This document shows, in pieces, positions 54,423 to 64,000 of a DNA stretch of 64,000 nt (position 1 is its first letter; every line of letters starts with the position of its first letter). The stretch is from the human T2T-CHM13v2.0 reference genome, Homo sapiens: NCBI RefSeq assembly GCF_009914755.1, contig NC_060928.1; one strand, written 5' to 3'. The notes below the pieces were generated by a model. That model did no database searches and had not been told where the DNA came from. It was given only the letters and a program-made list of their open reading frames with translations. The translations under genes and the position numbers were made by a program.

Positions 54423-55805
54423 TCTACCTGGGTTCTGTTACAGTTCCCCTGGTGCCCTGACAGACATCCGACTACTCTGCACATTTTGCCATATGCTTTT
54501 CTACCCCACGAGCTAGACATCTGTCAGGAGAGGCTGGTTTGAAAGACATATTTTAAAATTACATGAAATATTTTTGAATTAACTTGGAGAATTTGGTATT
54601 TCTGGTAAATACTCAAGCTTTCATCTAATGAGAGAAACACATTGCTGCATTTCCTCCGTGGTAACCTTGGCTTTGCAAACTTTGTATTTCTTCTGATTTA
54701 TTTCAGGTGTGTGTACTCTCTCCTGCTTTGTTTTCTTGTCCAATGCCCTGCTTTTTTTCTTATACCAGCTTGCTTAGGGATCTGCCATGAGAAAAAAACA
54801 AATGAAAGTAAGAGCTATTCCATGCATGAGTTTGTTTCTTTAGAATTTTATGAACGATGAGTTTTTTTTTTAGTTTCTTCTCACTACTTATGGAATTGTA
54901 GAAACAGTGCATAATTACAGCTTCATACAACTAAGAACTTTAAAGAAAAATAAGAGTGATGTTATTTGATGAGGCCACAAAAGCCAAGAAATGTTGGTAA
55001 TATTCAGAGTGGCTTTTAATACAACTGAGTTGAAAAGAATATTTATTATATCAGAATTTAGTTATAAATTTATTTCCTGGATTCCTCCTGCTATTTCCTG
55101 GAAAATTGGACACCGCTGTTTTTGCTTGGCTTCTGACTTTTACTTGACATTTCTTAAATGCCTTAATTTCTTAATTTCCATATGGCAGCATATCTCTGTT
55201 TCCATTCTTAGTATGTATGGTTTTAGATGAAGTAAGTAAACTTTAAGTGTAAGCTAGTTTGTTGCATATCCCAATTTAGCTCCACTTTATTGGCTGGCCT
55301 GTTGGCACACTGTGATTTCCAGCATGCATCCTCTGTGAGGCCTCTGTGCCCAGAAAACTCACATCCTGGGGCAGAATTATCACAAGCACTGCCATATTAA
55401 GAGCCTACGTATGATCCATTGTGATCCTCAACCTGGTGCACGGAAGGGCTCTTATTGCATCCCTATGGGAGCTCAGAAGACTTCACTGTCCCCTGCCCAA
55501 TCAACAGTCAGTCATGAACACGTTCAGCAACCTAACAACTAGGAAATACTCAAGAAATTCAAAGAAATATGTATCGGGAAAAGGCTGGGGTCCTGTCATT
55601 TAAAGCACGATTCCTAGAACCCTACCTGATATTTTCCAGTTATCAAAAGCACTACTAGAGTAATTGTTTAGGTTCTGAGATAAATTAAATCAGTACATGA
55701 ATTTCCAGGGTATGTTCCTTTCAAGGAACTCTCAGCTGCTGGAATACAACATTGGAAGGATTTTTGGATCAGACTATAACATATTCTTTCTTTCTCTTAT
55801 AACAG

Positions 55806-55931
55806 GGACAATGATGTTAATTATCGGGCTGAATATGCTATTTGGTCCTAAGAAAAACCTTGACTTGCTTCTTCAAACAAAAAACAGTTCTAAAGTGCTT
55901 TTCAGAAAGAGTGAAAAATACATGAAACTTT
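55806..55931 (+). CDS. CWH43: CWH43 exon 8 (126 nt; [17 protein letters not shown]...SEKYMKL)
   Basis: taacag| acceptor, T|gtaagt donor; the gene continues beyond the window. Confidence 0.95.
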
Positions 55932-56081
55932 GTAAGTATAGTTTTACATTCTTAAAAAAAATTAATTATATAAAATTCTAAACGTATGAAATTAAAGAGT
56001 ATAATGATCCCTCATGTATCCTTCATCCTGTTTCAGCAATTCTCAACATTTTGCCATGTTGTTAATAGCTATCTTCTCTAG

Positions 56082-59000
56082 TTTTTTTAAAAAATTATAC
56101 TTTAAGTTCTAGGGTACATGTGCACAACGTGCAGGTTTGTTACATAGGTATACATGTGCCATGTTGGTTTGCTGGACCCATCAACTCGTCATTTACATTA
56201 GGTATTCCTCCTAATGCTATCCCTCCCCCCTCACCCCACCCCACAGCAGGCCCCAGTGTGTGATGTTCCCCGCCCTGTGTCCGTGTGTTCTCATTGTTTA
56301 ATTCCCACCTATGAGTGAGAACATGTGGTGTTTGGTTTGTTGTCCTTGTGATAGTTTGCTGAGAATGATGTTTCCAGCTTCATTCATGCCCCTGCAAAGG
56401 ACATGAACTCATTTTTTATGGCTGCCTAGTATTCCATGGTGTATATGTGCCACATTTTCTTAATCCAGTCTATCATTGATGGACATTTGGGTTGGTTCCA
56501 AGTCTTTGCTATTGTGAATAGTGCTGTAATAAACATACGTGTGCATGTATCTTTATAGTAGCATGATTTATAATCCTTTGGGTACATACCCAGTAATGGG
56601 ATGGCTGGGTCAAATGGTATTTCTAGTTCTAGATCCTTGAGGAATCACCACACTGTTTTCCACAATGGTTGAACTTATTTACACTCCCACCAACAGTATA
56701 AAAGCGTTCCTATTTCTCCATATCCTCTCCAGCATCTGTTGTTTCCTGAGTTTTTAATGATCACCATTCTAACTGGTGTGAGATGGTATCCCATTGTGGT
56801 TTTGATTTGCATTTCTCTGATGCCCAGTGATGATGAGCATTTTTTCATGTGTATGTTGGCTGCATAAATGTCTTCTTTGGAGAAGTGTCTGTTCATATCC
56901 TTTGCCCACTCTTTGATGGAGTCGTTTGTTTTTTTTTTCTTGTAAATTTGTTTAAGTTCTTTGTAGATTCTGGATATTAGCCCTTTGTCACATGGATAGA
57001 TTGCAAAAATTTTGTCCCATTCTGTAGGTTTCCTGTTCACTCTGATGGTAGTTTCTTTTGCTGTGCAGAAGCTCTTCAGTTTAATTAGATCCCATTTGTC
57101 AATTTTGGCTTTTGTTGCGTTGCTTTTGGTGTTTTAGTCATGAAGTCTTTGTCTATGCCTATGTCCTGAATGGTATTGCCTAGGTTTTCTTCTAGCGCTT
57201 TTATGGTTTTAGGTCTAATATTTAAGTCTTTAATCCATCCTGAATTAATTTTTGTACAAAGTGCAAGGAAGAAATCCAGTTTCAGCTTTCTCCATATGGC
57301 TAGCCAGTTTTCCCAGCACCATTTGTTAAATAGGGAACCCTTTCCTCCTTTCTTGTTTTTGTCAGGTTTGTCAAAGATCAGATGGTTGTAGATGTGAGGT
57401 GTTATTTCTGAGGCCTCTGTTCTGTTCAATTGGTCTATATATCTGTTTTGGTATGAGTACCATGCTGTTTTGGTTACTGTAGACTTGTAGTATAGTTTGA
57501 AGTCAGGTAGCCTGATGCCTCCAGCTTTGTTCTTTTTGCCTAGGATTGTCCTGGCTATGTGGGCTCTTTTTTGGTTCTATATGAACTTTAAAGTAGTTTT
57601 TTCCAATTCTGTGAAGAAAGTCATTGGTGACTTGATGGGGATGGCATTTAATCTATAAATTACCTTGAGCAGTATGGCCATTTTCATGATATTGATTCTT
57701 CCTATCCATGAGCATGGAATATTCTTCCATTTGTTTGTGTCCTCTTTTATTTCATTGAGCAGTGGTTTGTAGTTCTCCTTGAAGAGGTCCTTCACATCTC
57801 TTTTAAGTTGGATTCCTAGGTATTTTATTCTCTTTGTAGCAATTGTGAATGGAAGTTCACTCATGATTTGGCTCTCTGTTTGTCTGTTATTGGTGTATAG
57901 GAATGGTTGGGATTTTTGCACACTGATTTTGTATCCTGAGACTTTGCTGAAGTTGTTTATCAGCTTAAGGAGATTTTGGGCTGAAATGATGGGGTTTTCT
58001 AAATATACAGTCATGTCATCTGCAAACAGGGACAATTTGACTTCCTCTTTTCCTAACTGAATGCACTTTATTCCCTTCTCCTGCCTGATTGCCCTGGCCA
58101 GAACTTCCAACACTGTGTTGAATAGGAGTGGTGAGAGAGGGCATACTTGTCTTGTGCTGGTTTTCAAACGGAATGCTTCCAGTTTTTGCCCATTCGGTAT
58201 GATATTGACTGTGGGTTTGTCATAAAGGGCTCTTATTATTTTCAGATATATTCCATTAATACCTAGTTTATTGAGGGTTTTTAGCATGAAGCACTGTTGA
58301 ATTTTGTCGAAGGCCTTTTCTGCATCTATTGAGATAATCACGTGGTTTTTGTCTTTGGTTCTGTTTATGTGATGGATTATGTTTATTGGCTTGCATATGT
58401 TGAACCCACCTTGCATCCCAGGGATGAAGCTAACTTGATCTTGGTGGATAAGCTTTTTGATGTGCTGCTGGATTTGGTTTGCCAGTATTTTATTGAGGAT
58501 TTTCACAGTGATGTATATCAGGGATATTGGTTTAAAGTTCTCTTTTTTTGTTGTGTCTCTGCCAAGCTTTGGTATCAGGATGATGCTGGTCTCATAAAAT
58601 GAGTTAGGGAGGATTCCCTCTTTTTCTATTGATTGGAATAGTTTTAGAAGGTATGTTACCAGCTCTTCTTTGTACCTGTGGTAGAATTCGGCTGTGAATC
58701 CTTCTGGTCCTGGACTTTTTTTGGTTGGTAGGCTGTTAATTATTGCCTCAATTTCAGAGCTTGTTGTTGGTCTATTCAGAGATTCAACTTCTTCCTAGTT
58801 TAGTCTTGGGAGGGTGTATGTGTACAGGAATTTATCAATGTCTTCTAGATTTTCTAGTTTATTTGCATAGAGGTGTTTATAGTATTCTCTGATGGTAGTT
58901 TGTATTTCTGTGGGATTGAAGGTGATATCCCTTTATCATTTTTTATCATGTCTATTTGATTCTTCTCTCTTTTCTTCTTTATTAGTCTTGCTAGTGATCT

Positions 59001-62000
59001 ATCAATTTTGTTAATCTTTTCAAAAAACCACCTCCTGGATTCATTGATTTTTTTGAAGGATTTTTGTGTCTCTATCTCCTTTCGTTCTGCTCTGATCTTA
59101 GTTATTTCTTGCCTTCTGCTAGCTTTTGAATTTGCTGGCTCTTGCTTCTCTAGCTCTTTTAATTGTGATGTTAGGGTGTCGATTTTAGATCTTTCCTGCT
59201 GTCTGTTTTGGGCATTTAGTTCTATAAATTTCCCTCTACACACTGCTTTAAATGTGTCCCAGAGATTCTTGTACATTGTGTCTTTGTTCTCATTGGTTTC
59301 AAAGAACATCTTTATTTCTGCCTTCATTTCATTATTTACCCAGTAGTCATTCAGGAGCAGGTTGTTCGGTTTCCAGGTAGTTGTGTGGTTTTGGGTGAGT
59401 TTCTTAATCCTGAATTCTAATTTCATTGCACTGTGATCTAAGAGACAGTTTGTTATGATTTTGGTTCTTTTATGTTTGCTGAGGAGTGCTTTACTTCCAT
59501 TTATGTGGTCAATTTTGGAATAAGTGTGATGTGGTTCTGAGAAAAATGTATATTCTGTTGATTTGGGGTGGAGAGTTCTGTAGATGTCTATTAGTTCCGC
59601 TTGGTGCAGAGCTGAGTTCAAGTCCTGGATATCCTTGTTAACCTTCTGTCTCATTGATATGTCTAATATTGACAGTGGGGTATTAAAGTCTCCTATTATT
59701 ATTGTGTAGGAGTCTAAGTCTCTTTGTAGGTCTCTAAGGACTTGCTTTATGAATCTGGGTGCTCCTGTATTAGGTGCATATATATTTAGGATAGTTAGCT
59801 CTTCTTGTTGAATTGATCCCTTTACTATTATGTAATGGCCTTCTTTGTCTCTTTTGATCTATGTTGGTTTAAAGCCTGTTGTATCAGAGACTAGGATTGC
59901 AACCCCTGCTTTTTTTTTGCTTTCCATTTGCTTGGTAGATCTTCCTCCATCCCTTTATTTTGAGCCCATGTGTGTGTGCATGCAAGATGGGTCTCCTGAA
60001 TACAGCACAGTAATGGGTCTTGACTATCCAATTTGCCAGTCTGTGTCTGGGCATTTAGCCCATTTACATTTAAGGTGAATATTGTTATGTGTGAATTTGA
60101 TCCTATCATTATGATGTTAGCTGGTTATTCGCCCATTAATTGGTGCAGTTTCTTCATAGCATCGACGGTCCTTACAATTTGGCATGTTTTTGCATGGTAC
60201 TGGTTGGCGTGTTTTTGCAGGTACCGGTTGTTCCTGTCCATGTTTAGTGCTTCCTTCAGGAGCTCTTTTAGGGCAGGCCTGGTGGTGGCAAAATCTCTCA
60301 GCATTTGCTTGTCTGTAAAGTATTTTATTTCTCCTTCACTTATGAAGCTTAGTTATAAAATTCTGGGTTGAAAATTCTTTTCTTTAAGAATGTTGAATAT
60401 TGGTCTCCACTCTCTTCTGGCTTGTAGGGTTTCTGACAAAAGATCCGCTGTTAGTCTGATGGGCTTCCCTTTTTGGGTAACCCAACATTTCTCTCTGGCT
60501 GCCCTTAACATTTTTTCCTTTATTTCAACCTTGGTGAATCTGACAGTCATGTGTCTTGGGGTTGCTCTTCTTGAGGAATATCTTTGTGGTGTTCTCTGTA
60601 TTTCCTGAATTTGAATGTTGGCTTGCCTTGCTAGGTTGGGGAAGTTCTTCTGGATAATATCCTGAAGAGTGTTTTCCAACTTGGTTCCATTCTCCCCGTC
60701 ACTTTCAGGTACACCAATCAAACCTAGATTTGGTCTTTTCACATAGTTCCAAAGTTCTTGGAGGATTTGTTCATTTCTTTTCACTCTTTTTTCTCTAAAC
60801 TTGTCTTCTGACTTTATTTCATTAATTTGATCTTCAATCACTGATATCCTCCTTCCACTTGATCAAATCAGCTATTGAAGCTTGTGCATGAATCACGAAG
60901 TTCTTGTGCCATTGTTTTCAACTCCATCAGGTCATTTAGGGTCTTCTCTACACGTTTATTCTAGTTAGCCATTCGTCTAACATTTTTCAAGGTTTTTGGC
61001 TTCCTTGCAATGGGTTAGAACAAGCTCCTTTAGCTCGGAGAAGTTTGTTATTAGCCACCTTCTGAAGCTTACTTCTGTCAACTCATCAAAGTCATTCTCC
61101 GTCCAGCTTTGTTCCATTGCTGGTGAGGAGCTGTGATCCTTTGGAGGAGAAGAGGCACTCTGGTTTTTAGAATTTTTGGCTTTTCTGATCTGGTTTCTCC
61201 CCATCTTTGTGGTTTTATCTATCTTTGGTCTTTGATGTTGGTGACCTGCAGATGGAGTTTTGGTGTGGATGTCCTTTTTGTTGATGCTGATGCTATTCCT
61301 TTCTGTTTGTTAGTTTTCCTTCTAACAGTCAGGTCCTTTAGCTGCAGGTCTGTTGGAGTTTGCTGGAGGTCCACTCCAGACGTTTGCCTGGGTATCACCA
61401 GTGGAGGCTGCAGAATAGGAAATATTGCAGAATAGTAAATATTGCTGCCTGATCCTTCATCTGGAAGCTTTGTCCTAGATTGGCACCCACCTGTATGAGG
61501 TGTCTGTTAGCCCCTACTGGGAGGTGTCTCCCAGTTAGGCTACATGGGGGTCAGGGACCTACATGAGGAGGCAGTCTGTCTGTTCTCAGAGCTCAAATGC
61601 CGTGCTGGGAGAACCACTGCTCTCTTCAGAGCTGTCAGACAGGGACGTTTAAGTCTGCAGAAGTTTCTCCTGCCTTTTGTTCAGCTATGCCTGGCCCACA
61701 GAGATGGAGTCCATAGAGGCAGTAGACCTTGCTGAGCTGTGGTGGGCTCCACCCTGTTCCAGCTTCCTGGCTGCTTTGTTTACTTACTCTAGCCTCAGCA
61801 ATGGCAGATGCCCCTCCCCCAACCAGGCTGCGCCTTGGAGGTTGATCTCAGACTGCTGCACTAGCAGTGAGCAAGGCTCCCTGTGTGAGGTACCCACCCA
61901 GCCAGGCACAGGATGGTATCTCCTGTTCTGCCGGTTGCTAAGACCATGGGAAAAACACAGTATTTTGGCGGGAGTGTCCTGTTTTTCCAGGTACAGTCTG

Positions 62001-62226
62001 TCATGGCTTGCCTTGGCTAGGAAAGGGAAATCCTCTGGCCCCTTGCACTTCCCGGGTGAGGTGATGCCACGCCCTACTTCAGATCACCCTCCATGGGCTG
62101 TGCCCACTGTGCAACCAGTTCCAATGAGATGAACCAGGTACCTCAGTTGGAAATGCAGAAATCGCCTGTCTTCTGTGTCGATCATGCTGGGAGCTGCAGA
62201 ACAGAGCTGTTCCTATTCGTCCATCT
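56082..62226 (-). mobile_element. Near full-length L1PA (L1PA6/7-like) with ORF1 and ORF2 disrupted
   Basis: 5'UTR start AGATGGACGAATAGGAACAGCTC. ORF1 pieces at 61204-60353. ORF2 EN/RT pieces at 60109-56675, including SLFADDM. 3'UTR present. TSD-like ttctcta(g/c)tttt on both sides. Confidence 0.96.
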
Positions 62227-62775
62227 ATTTCTCTACTTTTTTTTTTGTACTTTAAAGCAAATCTCTGATATCATGCCATTTCCACCATAAATACTCTGTA
62301 TTGGTTTTATTTCACTTCTAACATAGATAAGAGAATTCAACATGCAGAATTTCCAAAATGATTTGTTCTAATGGTTGAGACTATTTACTCCATTTCTTGT
62401 TTTCCTTTTTTGGGGAGATTATGTTAATGTTTGGGATGCTGATGAACTAAAATCTCAAACATGAAATTAGTTTACTATTCAATATAGTAAACTCATGTAA
62501 AATAGACTGGATTAAATAAAAATGTACTGAATGTATTTAATGTGAAGACAGCGTGTTAAGTAGTTGTTAAGTAGGATTCAAAGATGTGAATAATGGTCTC
62601 CACCTTCAAGGACTTGGTGCTTTACAAAGGAGACAAAATATTATAGTGTAAAGATATAAAAAACAATTAAGAAGCTGTATAAGTTCTCTATGTATTTCCA
62701 AAAGAAATATCACAAAACAGACCATTATATAAAAACCTTCATATATGTTTCATCTTAATTTAAAAGATTATATTT

Positions 62776-63092
62776 GGCCAGGTGCAGTGGTTCACTTCTG
62801 TAATCCCAGCACTTTGAAAGGCCAAGGCAGGAGGATTGCTTGGGGCCAGGAGTTCGAGACCAGCATAAGCAATGTAGTGAGACCCCATCTCTACAAAAAA
62901 TTTAAAAATCAGCCATTTGTGGTGGTGCACCTGCAGTCCCAGTAGTCTCAGCTACTAGGGAGGGCGAGGGTGAAGTGGGAGGATCTTTTGAGCCTGGGAG
63001 GTCAAGGCTGCAGTGATGGTGCCACTGCACTTCAGCATGGATGACAGAATGAGACTCTGACTCAAAAAAAAAAAAAAAAAAGAGAGAAGAAA
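62776..63092 (+). mobile_element. Alu (AluJ-like)
   Basis: Dimer with poly(A). Confidence 0.9.
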
Positions 63093-63314
63093 AGATTCTA
63101 TTTAAACTTAGGGAGAAATGAGATTTTTTTTGTGTGTTTTCTTATGTTTTGGTATATCCCTTGAAACAAATAACTAGCAGTTTTTGTTTTTAATCCTGAC
63201 AATCTTTGTCTTTTTTTTTGTTGTTGGTAAGAACCACAATTCTTTAATTCACTTATCAAATCGAGGCATTTGGAACAGTTTATTTACAGTTATTTAGTCA
63301 TTTTTGTGTGATTA

Positions 63315-63715
63315 AAAAAAGACAAGTTTCTTAGAGCAATTTTAGGTTCATAGGAAAATTATATGGAAAGCGTGGAGATTTTTCCATATGCCTCATGCCC
63401 CCACATACATACAGCACCCCCCACTATCAAAATTACTCACCAGAATGATACATTTGTTAAAATAAATGAACCTACATTGATACATCATTGTCACCCAAAG
63501 GCCATAGTTTACATTAGGGTTCACTTTTAGCTTTGTACAGTTTAGGAGTTTTGACAAATGTATAATTACATAGATCCCTCAGTGCGGTATCATACAGAAT
63601 ACTTTCTCTGCCCTAAACATCCCCTGTGCCTCACCTAATCATCGATTCCTCCTCCAAACCCCTGGCAACCACTAATGTTTTACTGTTTTCATTGTTTTGC
63701 ATTTTCCAGAATGTC
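63315..63715 (-). mobile_element. L1MC-type 3' fragment
   Basis: ttagagcaattttaggttcatag; tgaacctacattgatacatcatt. Confidence 0.75.
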
Positions 63716-64000
63716 AATTTTTGTCTTTTAAGGGTTTAATCTATTTTTACCATGATTTCTGAATGTATATTTATCTAATGTGATCATCTTACTTTTCTTT
63801 TTCATTTTCCACTTTTTCTAGGTATGTTTTTTCCTTTTTCTTTTTGATATTTTTTTCATTGATTAGGGTTTTTTTTTTCCCTTATGCCCCTCCTCCCCAC
63901 TCCTCTTTCTAGTTTGGAAATTATACTTTCAATATCTATTCTTTTAGTAGTTGGTTGTTTTTCTCTTAGCACATTGAAGATATTATTCTCCTGTCTTCTG

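Noticed and set aside
56675-61204. RT/endonuclease ORFs as a novel retro-system or an active L1
   Set aside because: Ordinary L1PA ORF1/ORF2 broken into several frames by stops and frameshifts.

Overview
Primate genomic DNA, apparently human. The first ~34 kb is intergenic and dense in transposons: a cluster of ERV1-class solo LTRs (MER61, MER41, MER4, MER50), MaLR and ERVL LTRs, about 20 Alus, and L1/L2/MIR relics. A CpG island at ~34.3-35.4 kb is the promoter of CWH43 (PGAP2-interacting protein, GPI lipid remodelling; human 4p11) on the + strand. Coding exons 1-8 (395 codons, MPSLWREILLESLLGCVSW...SEKYMKL) splice in frame with canonical GT-AG sites. Intron 8 holds a near full-length, inactivated antisense L1PA and runs past the window end. 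I found no new gene system. The most unusual signals are two ~150-200 bp local templated duplications (each an Alu end plus its 3' flank, copied ~1.3 kb to the left), a polyadenylated mRNA 3'-end retro-fragment, a possible Gypsy/PNMA-like Gag relic, a CTCF-like motif cluster, a candidate poison exon, and the L1 antisense promoter/ORF0 pointing into the gene. Repeat subfamily names come from recalled consensus sequences and are approximate.
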